Positions 1 to 9,583 are shown, counted from the stretch's first letter. The stretch is DNA of 64,000 nucleotides from Chryseobacterium indologenes (GCA_002439165.1 DJTE01000011.1:87297-151296), one strand, 5' to 3'. Numbers and translations: made by a program. Notes: generated by a model from the letters alone, not told the origin.

Positions 1-573
1 AAGGCTTTTGTTGATCTTTTCGTTGTATCTGGAAATCGTAATGATATTCTCCGATTTCCTGAAAGCTTCTTTTTCGCAGAAAATACGGCCTTTGTGTACT
101 TTTTTATATCCGAAATATTTTTCAAGTACAGACCATGAGCCGTGGCAACGTATCACATAAGGTATATTCTGAGGGATGGCGAGTGCCAGTCCGTCAAAAT
201 CGTGGGTTTCGGCAACGTCAAAATGAAGTTTGTTTTTTCTGATCCAATCGCTTATTTTATCCGATATGGCTTTTTTTTCGGAAAGGTAGAGTTTAAAATG
301 AATGGGTTCCAGTACTTTCAGCTTTCCGGTAAAAGATCTCATAAGTTCAAGCGCAGGGCTGGATTTGAAAATATCTTTAATGGAATGAATCGTTACCCCG
401 TCTTCCCGGATATCGAAAGCGTATCTGGAGATTAGGAAAACATGTACTGAAATACCTCTCTTTACGAGTTCTCCGGATAAATTCTTATAAAAAGTACCTG
501 TTCCTCCTACTTTTGGGGTCCGGGAACATTTGTACTCTTTGGTTACAATAAGTACATGTTTTATTTCTTTCAT
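1..573 (-). CDS. glycosyltransferase family 4, N-terminal part only (gene continues beyond the left window edge)
   Basis: Own translation of the minus strand from ATG (573-571) gives MKEIKHVLIVTKEYKCSRTPKVGGTGTFYKNLSGELVKRGISVHVF..., open to nt 1 (191 codons). It has a GT-B/GT4-type glycine-rich N-terminal loop. It is absent from the ORF track because no stop lies in the window; + strand ORF 142..435 is its shadow. There is an ATGA overlap with the stop of gene 570..1547. Confidence 0.7.
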   Translation of the reverse strand, partial: MKEIKHVLIVTKEYKCSRTPKVGGTGTFYKNLSGELVKRGISVHVFLISRYAFDIREDGVTIHSIKDIFKSSPALELMRSFTGKLKVLEPIHFKLYLSEKKAISDKISDWIRKNKLHFDVAETHDFDGLALAIPQNIPYVIRCHGSWSVLEKYFGYKKVHKGRIFCEKEAFRKSENIITISRYNEKINKSL

Positions 574-1547
574 GAATTCAGTTTAAAAACAGTATCCACC
601 CAATGATCCAGGGTGTACTTATAATAAACTGCTTCCGGAAGCTTTTCGTATGGTGTTTCAAAAAAATCTTTTTTTACATTACTGAATTTTTTATTCAGCA
701 GCAGAATATTATTGGGATTATAAAAATCGTAACTGGCAATAGTGGGATTATCTGTAATGATCTTTTTTTCCAGAGCCATCGCTTCAAAAATCCTGAAGCT
801 GAGCCCGGTCTGATCAGCCCGCATCAGGTCCAGAACTACTTTTGTGTTCTTATAGTAAGAGGGCAGCGCATGATGCGGAATCTTTCTTCTTCCAAACTTC
901 AGTATTTCTATATTTTTTTTGTCGAAGATCTGATTCAGCTTATTTTTCCATCCCTTCTTACCCACCATGTACACTTCAAACTTTACTTTCAGCGAACAGA
1001 GCCTGTTGATGAGTACATTTAAGGCGGATAATCTCTTGTGGTCATAGGAGGAGACATAAAACAGATCCAGTTTGGGATTCTGTTTTTCTGCCGGAAGATA
1101 TTCCAGATAATTATAATTCGTGATCTTTTCGAATCCGAAGTTTTTTACGTCTTCATCATCAAAAGAAAAAACCGTATCAAAATAATGCAGAAGATGAGTG
1201 GCAGGGTTCCTGGCCATACTGTCGTAGAGGTAGGCAATATTACGGTCAGTGTATTCCCTGATCTTCCGGTGTATTTCTTCATCTATGGCTTCAGGGTTGA
1301 TTACAAGGATCTGATCCTGCTTTCCTATTTTTTCAAGAGATTCGAGTATGAAATTTTGTCTTTTATGATATTTCGGATTTTTGCCTAAGAAAATTTTGCT
1401 GAAAGTGTTCTTCAAACGTTCACCCGTGTTTTTATGGGTGAATGCTCCGATGTTGATATGGCAGGCCTGAATGCCTCTCTCATTCAGTTTATCCACGATA
1501 TGCTCATCATAGTGCCAGAAATCGAAACTAATTAAACAAATTTTCAT
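570..1547 (-). CDS. hypothetical protein, probably a polysaccharide/LPS biosynthesis accessory enzyme (glycosyltransferase-like)
   Basis: A 325-aa ORF embedded in a glycosyltransferase cluster and translationally coupled (ATGA) to the downstream GT4 gene. I cannot name a motif with certainty. Confidence 0.5.
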   Translation of the reverse strand: MKICLISFDFWHYDEHIVDKLNERGIQACHINIGAFTHKNTGERLKNTFSKIFLGKNPKYHKRQNFILESLEKIGKQDQILVINPEAIDEEIHRKIREYTDRNIAYLYDSMARNPATHLLHYFDTVFSFDDEDVKNFGFEKITNYNYLEYLPAEKQNPKLDLFYVSSYDHKRLSALNVLINRLCSLKVKFEVYMVGKKGWKNKLNQIFDKKNIEILKFGRRKIPHHALPSYYKNTKVVLDLMRADQTGLSFRIFEAMALEKKIITDNPTIASYDFYNPNNILLLNKKFSNVKKDFFETPYEKLPEAVYYKYTLDHWVDTVFKLNS

Positions 1548-1606
1548 AGTGCAAAAATAAAAAATTCATATTTAAATTTATATTTTTGGCGAAAAGCCCT
1601 TCTATA

Positions 1607-2686
1607 ATGAGAAAGAAAATTCTTATCGATGCCGAAAGACTGAAATATCCAAAGTCGGGAATTGCCAATGTATGCACTTCCCTGATCAGGGGATTGGATG
1701 AGAAAGTATCTGATTTTGAGTATTCTCTTTATGGTCCCGCGAAAAATATGCCCGTAACGAAGAACAGGTTTACGGTTATAAACTGGAAGTTCTGGCAGAA
1801 AAAAATTCCTGTCAGTACCGGATCTTTTTCGCTCATCCATACCGCTCACCAGCTTTCCGATTACTTTCATCAGATAAAAAACGGGCAAAAAAAAGTGGTT
1901 ACTCTTCATGATCTTAATTTTCTGCATGACAACAGTTCCGGAAAGAAGGTCAAAAAGAGTACCAGACTCGTCCAGAAAAATATAGGAAATGCAGATGCCA
2001 TTGTATGCATCTCGGATTTTGTAAAGGAAGATTTCCTGAAAAACAAACATCTTTTCACGCTGAATAAGGATGTAAGGGTTGAGGTCATATATAACGGACT
2101 GATCTTTCCCGAAATTACAGATTTTAATTCTAAAAATAAATACAGCTTCATAGGAAAAAAATACATTTTGAATATAGGTGTGCTTTTTCCCAAGAAAAAC
2201 CAGGACGTACTGCTGGATCTTCTGACAGAAAACGACAGGGATCTTGTGCTGGTAACTTCTTCTGCCAAGTCGGCCTATAAAGAAAAGTTTTTAGAAAAAA
2301 CGAAAGCTTTAGGTTTGGAAAACAGAGTGCATATTCTTGAAAATGTGGATAATAATGATAAGTATTTTCTTCTTCAGCACTGTGAATCCTACTGTCATCC
2401 TTCGTTGGCCGAAGGTTTCGGAATTCCGCCTGTGGAAGCCATGTATTTTGGAAAACCTGTTTTTCTGAGCAGATTAACGAGCCTGCCGGAAATAGGAGGA
2501 AATCTTGCTTTTTATTTTGATGATTTTTCAGCAGAAAATATGCAGCAGGTATACGCATCAGGCATGCAGACGTATGGCGCAAGAGCAGGCGAATATGCAT
2601 CAGAACTGAAAGAAAGAGCCCTGAAATTCGGGTATACGGAAATGGCAGATGCTTACGAAAAACTGTATAGCAGCCTTTTGAATTAA
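1607..2686 (+). CDS. glycosyltransferase, GT-B fold (family 1/4)
   Basis: The C-terminal motif HPSLAEGFGIPPVEAMYFGKPVF is typical of GT1/GT4 enzymes. The track ORF starts at TTG 1586; the first ATG is at 1607 (MRKKILIDAERLKYPKSGIANV). Confidence 0.8.
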   Translation: MRKKILIDAERLKYPKSGIANVCTSLIRGLDEKVSDFEYSLYGPAKNMPVTKNRFTVINWKFWQKKIPVSTGSFSLIHTAHQLSDYFHQIKNGQKKVVTLHDLNFLHDNSSGKKVKKSTRLVQKNIGNADAIVCISDFVKEDFLKNKHLFTLNKDVRVEVIYNGLIFPEITDFNSKNKYSFIGKKYILNIGVLFPKKNQDVLLDLLTENDRDLVLVTSSAKSAYKEKFLEKTKALGLENRVHILENVDNNDKYFLLQHCESYCHPSLAEGFGIPPVEAMYFGKPVFLSRLTSLPEIGGNLAFYFDDFSAENMQQVYASGMQTYGARAGEYASELKERALKFGYTEMADAYEKLYSSLLN

Positions 2687-3426
2687 AGTTTAACTTTTCC
2701 AAGTCTCAGTTTCCATTTGAAAAGATCAAAACTGTCCCCTCCTTTGATATCGATTCTCTTGATCTCGAATTTATTTTTCCACGGAAAATAGGCTATATTA
2801 TTTCCGATACGTACAGCTGAGGTTATACCTGTATTTTCCAGCATGGCAAAAAACTCTTTCTTGGCTTCTCCTTTTTTGGGAAACTGCCCGTAAGGATAGG
2901 CGAGAACTTTGGTAAATGGTATTTTCTTCTCTTCAAGAGTACGGATGTTTTTCTGAAGGTCATCTGAAGCTTCCTGAAGGGTAAGCTGTGAGTAATTTCT
3001 GTGGGAATGGCTGTGAAGAGCGATCTCTATGAAATCGGTATTTAATGATCTGATCTCATCAAAGGTCATCAGTTTGCGCTGTTCACTTACTTCATCTTTC
3101 TGTATAAGTTCTGTGGGGATAAAAATGGTGGCTTTCAGCTGATACTTTTCAAGCAAAGGGATCATATACTGGAGGTTGTTGAGGTAGCCGTCATCAAAAG
3201 TCAGGATCAGTTTACGCCGGGTAGTTTTGTTGGCTTCCAGTTCGTTGAAAAACAGTGTGGTATAGTTGTTTTTAATATACTGAAGCTGTTCCTCCAGATT
3301 TTCAACGGAAACGGCTAATGCATCTTTTCCGGAGATATTTTTCCCAGGTTTAATTTTATGATACATCAGAATACGGATGCTTTCTGCCTTTGAAAATCCA
3401 AGTATTCTCTTAAAGAATCTGAACAT
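2683..3426 (-). CDS. polysaccharide deacetylase (NodB homology / CE4)
   Basis: Shows LILTFDDGYLNN...KATIFIPT and ALHSHSH motifs typical of NodB-type deacetylases. Its 3' end overlaps gene 1607..2686 convergently by 4 nt. Confidence 0.8.
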   Translation of the reverse strand: MFRFFKRILGFSKAESIRILMYHKIKPGKNISGKDALAVSVENLEEQLQYIKNNYTTLFFNELEANKTTRRKLILTFDDGYLNNLQYMIPLLEKYQLKATIFIPTELIQKDEVSEQRKLMTFDEIRSLNTDFIEIALHSHSHRNYSQLTLQEASDDLQKNIRTLEEKKIPFTKVLAYPYGQFPKKGEAKKEFFAMLENTGITSAVRIGNNIAYFPWKNKFEIKRIDIKGGDSFDLFKWKLRLGKVKL

Positions 3427-3653
3427 GGTTATGTGAATTTAAGATCCCGTTAATTTTTTATGGAATTCAAAACATATAAAAGTTCCGGAGATCCATATTG
3501 TGCTTTTTTGTTTGGTGTACATTATACTCTTCAAATTTAATTAAAAATTGAAGGCACCAGCTTAAAAATATATTAAAATAAGGGTTTGTAGGGATGAATG
3601 ACAGACAGCCACAGTAAAAACCGCGGCTGTCTGATATTGTTTTCTGAGAATCT

Positions 3654-4409
3654 TTACTGGTTTCTGAGAATCTCATTGATCTTAATATATTTAAGAAAAG
3701 TGTAAAAGGCTCCGGTGATGGAAATATAGAATCCTGCCACCCCGTCCATAAAACCCAGTTTGAAAAAATAGGTCTTTATGAAATTAAAAAAAGGAGCAAA
3801 TACAATTTTAAACAGGGATACTTTTTTACCGTTCGCTATCTTCTTTTCTGCCATCAGCTGTGTGTAGTTATTGATCTTTTCAATGTGATGGGCAATACTT
3901 TTGTAGGTGTAATGGTTGATGTTTCCCGGAAGTTTTCCTGTTTTATCCAGGGTGATGAAACTTTCATGAACCAGATCATCGGAATATTTTCCATGTCCTT
4001 TCTTAAAAAAGCGCTCTCTCCATACCGTTCCCCAGCCTCCGTACCGGATTATTTTCTTCAGCAGGATATTGTTGAAATGAATTGTGTATACTTTATAAGC
4101 GGGATCACTGCTTTTCAGAATATCTTTAATAGCCTGTACGGCTTCTGCATCCGGAACTTCATCAGAGTCCAGAAACAGGATCCATTCGCCGGAAGCCTGT
4201 GCCAGTGTGTAGTTTTTCTGGTCACCGAATCCTTCGAATTTTTTTTTGATAAACTTTACTTTTGGAAACCCGGTACAGATCTCCTCAGTTTTGTCCGTAG
4301 AAAAAGAATCAACGATAATAATCTCATCTGCGATGTCATAAACGCTTCGGATACTTTTTTCGATGATTCTTTCCCCGTTAAAAATAATATAACAGACTGA
4401 TAGTTTCAT
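3654..4409 (-). CDS. glycosyltransferase family 2 (LPS-core type, GT-A fold)
   Basis: N-terminus [23 protein letters not shown]...IIIVDSFSTDKTEE plus a LDSDE (DxD) motif. Confidence 0.8.
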   Translation of the reverse strand: MKLSVCYIIFNGERIIEKSIRSVYDIADEIIIVDSFSTDKTEEICTGFPKVKFIKKKFEGFGDQKNYTLAQASGEWILFLDSDEVPDAEAVQAIKDILKSSDPAYKVYTIHFNNILLKKIIRYGGWGTVWRERFFKKGHGKYSDDLVHESFITLDKTGKLPGNINHYTYKSIAHHIEKINNYTQLMAEKKIANGKKVSLFKIVFAPFFNFIKTYFFKLGFMDGVAGFYISITGAFYTFLKYIKINEILRNQ

Positions 4410-5656
4410 TAACGAAATTCTGTGATCGTTTTTTCAATGATTTTTACGCATTCTAAAAGCTGTTCTTCAGTAATTACCAATGGTGGTGCAAGCCTGATGA
4501 TGTTTCCGTGGGTAGGCTTGGCCAGAAGACCGTTTTCTTTTAACTGAAGGCAAAGGTTCCATGCAGTGGAACTCTCCGGAGTATCGTTAATCAGAATAGC
4601 ATTCAGAAGACCTTTTCCTCTTACTTTGGTGATAAGGTCGTTTTTTTCGATGATCTTTTCGATCTCTGCTCTGAAGACCTGCCCCAGATGTTCAGCTCTT
4701 TCTGACAGTTTTTCATCAGCTACTACGTCTAAAGCAGCCACAGCCACAGCGCAGGCAATAGGATTTCCTCCGAAAGTGGAACCGTGCTGCCCCGGTTTAA
4801 TAACATTCATGATATTGTCGTTGGCCAATACTGCAGATACAGGATACATTCCTCCTGAAAGGGCTTTCCCTAAAATAAGAATATCAGGCTGTACATTTTC
4901 GTGATGACAGGCGATCAGTTTTCCGGTTCTTGCTATTCCGGTCTGAACTTCGTCTGCAATGAAAAGTACGTTGTATTTTTTACATAATTCAGAAGCGTTT
5001 TTCAGGAAGTTCTCATCAGGAACATAAACTCCTGCTTCTCCCTGGATAGGTTCAACCAGGAAAGCCGCGATATTTCCAGCCTCTCTGCTTAAGACGTCTT
5101 CCAAAGCAGCTGTATCATTATAAGGGATTTTAATAAATCCAGGGGTGAAAGGACCGTAGTTCCGGTTGGCATCGGGATCATTGGAGAAAGAAACAATAGT
5201 GGTGGTTCTTCCGTGGAAATTATTTTCACAGACAATAATCTTCGCGGCATTCTCAGAGATACCTTTTACCTCGTAGCTCCATTTTCTGGCTAATTTCACA
5301 GCGGTTTCCACTGCTTCAGCTCCGGAATTCATAGGAAGAACCTTGTCAAACCCAAACAGGGTGGTGATCTTCTGTTCATACTCTCCCAGTTTAGAATTGT
5401 AAAAAGCTCTTGAAGTTAACGCCAGTTTCTGTGCCTGGTCTACCAGCGCTCCTACAATTTTGGGGTGAGAGTGTCCCTGGTTCACAGCAGAATATGCTGA
5501 AAGAAAATCATAATATTTCTTGCCTTCCACATCCCATACAAAAACGCCTTCTCCGCGGTCAAGAACTACGGGAAGAGGGTGGTAGTTGTGCGCTCCGTGT
5601 TTGTCTTCAAGGTCAATAAAATACTGTGAGTTTTTTGTTGTTTCTGCTGTTGACAT
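4409..5656 (-). CDS. rocD: ornithine--oxo-acid aminotransferase (class III PLP aminotransferase)
   Basis: 415 aa with [49 protein letters not shown] and [15 protein letters not shown]...LGKALSGG (PLP lysine region), as I recall for OAT. Confidence 0.85.
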   Translation of the reverse strand: MSTAETTKNSQYFIDLEDKHGAHNYHPLPVVLDRGEGVFVWDVEGKKYYDFLSAYSAVNQGHSHPKIVGALVDQAQKLALTSRAFYNSKLGEYEQKITTLFGFDKVLPMNSGAEAVETAVKLARKWSYEVKGISENAAKIIVCENNFHGRTTTIVSFSNDPDANRNYGPFTPGFIKIPYNDTAALEDVLSREAGNIAAFLVEPIQGEAGVYVPDENFLKNASELCKKYNVLFIADEVQTGIARTGKLIACHHENVQPDILILGKALSGGMYPVSAVLANDNIMNVIKPGQHGSTFGGNPIACAVAVAALDVVADEKLSERAEHLGQVFRAEIEKIIEKNDLITKVRGKGLLNAILINDTPESSTAWNLCLQLKENGLLAKPTHGNIIRLAPPLVITEEQLLECVKIIEKTITEFR

Positions 5657-5672
5657 ATGTTTTGGTTTTTGA

Positions 5673-5704
5673 CAAATTTAAGCAATATTAATGAGATGCA
5701 TCAA
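5673..5704 (-). promoter_or_regulatory. Bacteroidota sigma-A type promoter candidate for rocD (TTG-N21-TAaaTTTG)
   Basis: The minus strand reads TTGatgcatctcattaatattgctTAAATTTG, ending 17 nt upstream of the rocD ATG. It matches the published -33 TTG / -7 TAnnTTTG consensus. Confidence 0.45.
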
Positions 5705-5845
5705 CAAAAGTGGAGTAGTGCGGAGGCCTGAAATTAAAGTATATTTTAAGGGCGAATGAGAGTGTATCAGTAAATATTTCTTGGTCTCAACAGATCATGC
5801 AGGTATTATATCTTTATGCAGCCCTTTTTCACTTGTAAAAATTTT

Positions 5846-6676
5846 TTATAATGAAATGTATTCTGTTTTCTGAATTACCGTACTGGTTTTCTTACCACCG
5901 GTGGAAGTGATGCAGGACGATATATTACCCTGATCATCATAATTGATGCTGCTGGTAACGGTTATTCTGGTTTTATCAGGATAAACGGAAACCGTTTCTA
6001 CTGCGTTTTTCCTGTGATCATATGTGATGAGGGTAGTTTCCTGAACTCTTCCATTCTTTTTGTTAATGATAAGATCAGGTCTGTCTTTCAGGCTTTTATA
6101 CTGATATACGGTTGAAGAAATATCGGATGGCTGGTCTGTATAATAGCTTTTTACCTCTCTGATCTGATGGTCCGCGGTATAGTTACATTCCAGGATAAAA
6201 TTACTTCTGACTGATTGGATGATATAGCCCTGTTTATTGTAATGATATTCTTCAGTTTCGTCAATTTCATTTTTATTGTCTTCATATTTTCCATAACTGC
6301 TCTTCCGGATGAGTCTGCCCGTGCTGTCATAGGAAAATACTTCCTTTCCGGTTCCGTCAGAACTTGTAATGCTGTCCAGCCTGCCATTGTCATAATGATA
6401 ATAAACTGTGAGTTCATCTTCTTTTTCCCTGTGAAAACTGTTTTTGAGAAGAAGACCCGTATCAGAAAAATAAAGAGTCCGGTAGTCCTGTTGAGCTGCT
6501 TTATCTGAATAAGAAGTCGTGATTTCAACCTTTTTAACATTCGATTGCAGCCCATGATCCTGTAAAGTTACAGGAGGTCTGAAAAGGAGATTCTGCCTGA
6601 GAACGGAATCGTCCGGTTGTTGTGCCGTAATGAATACACACAGAAAAGCGGAAAAGAACAAGTGCAGTCTGTTCAT
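5846..6676 (-). CDS. secreted YD/RHS-repeat-like protein (short, no toxin domain recognisable)
   Basis: The signal peptide MNRLHLFFSAFLCVFITAQQ starts at the internal ATG 6676; the track ORF extension to 6844 would overlap the hcp-like gene and its terminator. YD-type repeats are present: YYHYDNGRLDSI, FSYDSTGRLIRK, YHYNKQGYII, ITYDHRKNAV, INYDDQGNIS. Confidence 0.65.
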   Translation of the reverse strand: MNRLHLFFSAFLCVFITAQQPDDSVLRQNLLFRPPVTLQDHGLQSNVKKVEITTSYSDKAAQQDYRTLYFSDTGLLLKNSFHREKEDELTVYYHYDNGRLDSITSSDGTGKEVFSYDSTGRLIRKSSYGKYEDNKNEIDETEEYHYNKQGYIIQSVRSNFILECNYTADHQIREVKSYYTDQPSDISSTVYQYKSLKDRPDLIINKKNGRVQETTLITYDHRKNAVETVSVYPDKTRITVTSSINYDDQGNISSCITSTGGKKTSTVIQKTEYISL

Positions 6677-6723
6677 TGAGGGGCGGGTTATTGGTTTGAT
6701 GTATTTCAGGAGTGCTGTAAAGA

Positions 6724-6758
6724 TAAAAAAAGACAGAACGGCGATGGCCATTCTGTCT
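6724..6758 (-). terminator. rho-independent terminator after the TssD/Hcp-like gene
   Basis: 8-bp perfect stem AGACAGAA/TTCTGTCT (6731-6738 / 6751-6758), followed on the minus strand by a T7 run (A-run 6724-6730 on +). Confidence 0.7.
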
Positions 6759-6785
6759 TTGTTAGTTTTTAATATAAAGCGGCAT

Positions 6786-7193
6786 TTATGAATTTGGCCA
6801 GTCTCCGTGGAAGGAAGCTGTTCCAAGATCAATCTGTTCTGCACTTACTACAAAACTGATGTACATACTGTTGTTATCTATTGCATCGAAATCTACTTCG
6901 TGCTGGATTACATATCCGTTGTTCCACTTTAATGTTGTAAGTGTTCCTTCTTCATGAGACTTGTTAAAGGTAACTTCTCCTGTTGTAGGCTTATACTTTC
7001 CGTTCAGCAAACTTTCCAGAATGTCTGACTTTTCAGTAGCTTCTACCGTAATTTTGATAAGGGCGTTGGAAGGGTCTGATGCTACACGTCCTGAAACGTC
7101 CGTAGATCTTGATACACTGTAATTCAGTTTTAACAGTTTCTGACCGTCTCCCCCGTTGAATTTTAAAATTCCTCTCGAATTTTTTTCTGCCAT
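6786..7193 (-). CDS. type VI secretion system tube protein, TssD/Hcp-like (Bacteroidota T6SS-iii type)
   Basis: 135 aa. The pattern NYSVSRSTDVSGRVASDP...IKITVEATEKSDILESLL...GEVTF...FVVSAEQIDLG...GDW matches my recollection of the ~130-aa Bacteroidota TssD family. Assigned from memory, not searched. Confidence 0.6.
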   Translation of the reverse strand: MAEKNSRGILKFNGGDGQKLLKLNYSVSRSTDVSGRVASDPSNALIKITVEATEKSDILESLLNGKYKPTTGEVTFNKSHEEGTLTTLKWNNGYVIQHEVDFDAIDNNSMYISFVVSAEQIDLGTASFHGDWPNS

Positions 7194-7502
7194 GATTTGT
7201 AAATTTTTATGGATTAATATTCTGTGATTTGATTTCTTATGTCACCAAAAATAGAAGTAATTTCGGTAGGAAAAAATAAAATCAGTATAAATTTTAAAAA
7301 GTGTAGTAATAGTGCGACTAACAACTGTTAGGTAAATTGAGCTTTGTGAATCAGATATTTATGTGAAAGGAAGTGGGGTAGCAGCTACGGATGTCCTATG
7401 GGCAGGAAGGTTGAGCCAATTTATATATCTGATCTGAAAATCCGGTAAAACAAAAACAGATTTTAAAACAGTACAGTCCTGAATTTTTATTTGTAACCGC
7501 TT

Positions 7503-8054
7503 TTATAAATAATACGCAAAAAATTCCCTGAAAACAGAATAAAGATCCCTTACTTCAAAATAGGCAGGGCTGGAACTTTCAATGTTTTTGAAATGATGTT
7601 TCCTGAACAGTTTTTTTATCCGGGTCTGATGATAAAACTGTGATACGGAAATGATCGTATCATATTGTAAGCTGTATGCTGTTTTCAGGGTATTCATAAC
7701 GGTCTTTTCAGTGTCATCCCCAAAGTTATCCACAAGAATGTCAGCCGGGGGAATTTTATTCTTAACAAGGTATTTTTTCATTTCCGTACCTTCCCAATAG
7801 CCCTCTTTGCCGAGACCACCGCTTACCAGAATATTTCTTACCTGTTTTTTCCGGTACAGTTCAATACTTTTATCCAGTCTTGCCCTTAGCCGCAGCGAAA
7901 GAGTTCCGTCTTCATTCACTTTATTTCCGAATACCACGGCAAGGTCAGCTTTCTGCTTTGCATCCGTAAGCCCATCATAAGTAATATAAAGTGAGTGAAT
8001 AAGAAACCAGGCCAGGCCTGAAATCAGAATATATTTTACAGTTTTTTTCAGCAT
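7503..8054 (-). CDS. DUF218 (YdcF/ElyC/SanA family) membrane-anchored protein
   Basis: N-terminal TM helix followed by LAVVFGNKVNEDGTLSLRLRARLDKSIELYRKKQVRNILVSGG, typical of DUF218. Confidence 0.7.
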   Translation of the reverse strand: MLKKTVKYILISGLAWFLIHSLYITYDGLTDAKQKADLAVVFGNKVNEDGTLSLRLRARLDKSIELYRKKQVRNILVSGGLGKEGYWEGTEMKKYLVKNKIPPADILVDNFGDDTEKTVMNTLKTAYSLQYDTIISVSQFYHQTRIKKLFRKHHFKNIESSSPAYFEVRDLYSVFREFFAYYL

Positions 8055-8133
8055 GATTTTCTCAGTTGAATAAGAACAAAAATAAAAAACTGCCTCAAAT
8101 AGAGACAGTTTAAAGTTTTTATTTTAAATAATC

Positions 8134-9489
8134 TTAGTGATTATCATATTTTCTATCCATTACAAAATCTTCCATGAATTTTGTCGTATAGTTTCCTGCA
8201 AGATAATCTTCGTTATCCATCAGTTGTCTGTGGAAAGGAATGGTTGTTTTTACTCCTTCAATATAGAATTCCTCAAGAGCACGTCTCATTTTGGCAATCG
8301 CTTCTTCACGGGTCTGAGCCGTAGTGATCAGCTTGGCGATCATAGAGTCGTAGTTGGATGGAATGGTATATCCTGAATAAACGTGAGTATCCACTCTGAT
8401 CCCGTGTCCGCCGGGAATATTTAATCCTGTGATCTTTCCGGGAGACGGTCTGAAATCAGCATAAGGATCTTCCGCGTTGATTCTGCACTCAATGGAATGT
8501 AATTTAGGATAATAGTTGATTCCTGAAATAGGAGTTCCCGCAGCAAGAAGGATCTGTTCCCTGATCAGGTCATAGTCAATTACCTGTTCAGTAATAGGGT
8601 GTTCTACCTGGATTCTTGTATTCATTTCCATGAAATAGAAATTTCTGTGCTTGTCTACAAGGAACTCGATAGTACCTACCCCTTCGTATCCGATGAATTC
8701 AGCTGCTTTTACAGCAGCCTCGCCCATTTTCTCACGAAGCTCATCTGTCATGAAAGGAGAAGGTGTTTCTTCCGTTAATTTCTGGTTTCTTCTCTGTACA
8801 GAACAGTCTCTTTCAGAAAGGTGGCAGGCTTTACCGTATTGGTCTCCCGCAACCTGGATCTCGATATGTCTTGGCTCTTCGATCAGTTTTTCCATATACA
8901 TACCTCCGTTTCCGAAGGCTGCTACGGCTTCCTGAATAGCGGACTCCCAGTGGTCTTTAAGGTCTTCAGCCTTCCAGACTGCTCTCATTCCTTTACCTCC
9001 ACCACCTGCGGTAGCTTTGATCATGACAGGGTATCCTGTTTCTTCAGCAATTTTTACTGCGTGCTCATAGGATTCAATCAACCCGTCAGAACCCGGTACA
9101 CAAGGTACACCGGCAGCTTTCATCGTTGCTTTGGCATTGGCCTTGTCACCCATTTTTTCGATCTGCTCAGGAGAAGCACCAATAAACTTAATGTTGTTTC
9201 TCTCACAGATTCTGGAGAAGTTGGCATTTTCAGATAAGAATCCGTAGCCTGGGTGAATAGCGTCAGCATTGGTAATTTCCGCTGCTGCAATAATGTTAGG
9301 GATTTTAAGGTATGAGTCTTTGCTCATCGCAGGGCCAATACAAACCGCTTCATCAGCAAATCTCACGTGAAGGCTGTCTTTATCCGCAGTAGAGTACACC
9401 GCAACGGTTTTGATCCCCATTTCTTTACAAGTACGTAAAATACGCATTGCAATTTCGCCACGATTGGCGATTAATATTTTTTTGAACAT
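8134..9489 (-). CDS. accC: acetyl-CoA carboxylase, biotin carboxylase subunit
   Basis: [26 protein letters not shown]..., ATP-grasp motifs, 451 aa, located directly downstream of accB. Confidence 0.95.
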   Translation of the reverse strand: MFKKILIANRGEIAMRILRTCKEMGIKTVAVYSTADKDSLHVRFADEAVCIGPAMSKDSYLKIPNIIAAAEITNADAIHPGYGFLSENANFSRICERNNIKFIGASPEQIEKMGDKANAKATMKAAGVPCVPGSDGLIESYEHAVKIAEETGYPVMIKATAGGGGKGMRAVWKAEDLKDHWESAIQEAVAAFGNGGMYMEKLIEEPRHIEIQVAGDQYGKACHLSERDCSVQRRNQKLTEETPSPFMTDELREKMGEAAVKAAEFIGYEGVGTIEFLVDKHRNFYFMEMNTRIQVEHPITEQVIDYDLIREQILLAAGTPISGINYYPKLHSIECRINAEDPYADFRPSPGKITGLNIPGGHGIRVDTHVYSGYTIPSNYDSMIAKLITTAQTREEAIAKMRRALEEFYIEGVKTTIPFHRQLMDNEDYLAGNYTTKFMEDFVMDRKYDNH

Positions 9490-9583
9490 CTCTCCGAAAT
9501 TTTAAATTATAAATTTTGAATTTTAAATTATTTTAAATGAAAAAAGTTTCACCTAAAATTTATAATCTTTAATCTAAAATTCC

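Noticed and set aside
142-435. A 97-aa + strand ORF at the left edge.
   Set aside because: It lies entirely inside the minus-strand GT4 gene (1..573), which has a convincing glycosyltransferase N-terminus.
4239-4247. A homopolymeric A9/T9 tract inside the GT2 gene (Lys-Lys-Lys), and a similar T9 tract at 20146..20154 in the patatin gene, as potential phase-variation switches.
   Set aside because: Lys-rich A-runs are common in this AT-rich genome. The tracts are at the short end for slipped-strand switching, and a single sequence gives no evidence of length variation. This would need population or long-read data.
6677-6844. N-terminal extension of the YD-repeat ORF (track start 6844).
   Set aside because: The extension would overlap the 3' end of the Hcp-like gene and run through its terminator hairpin. 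A canonical signal peptide begins at the internal ATG 6676.
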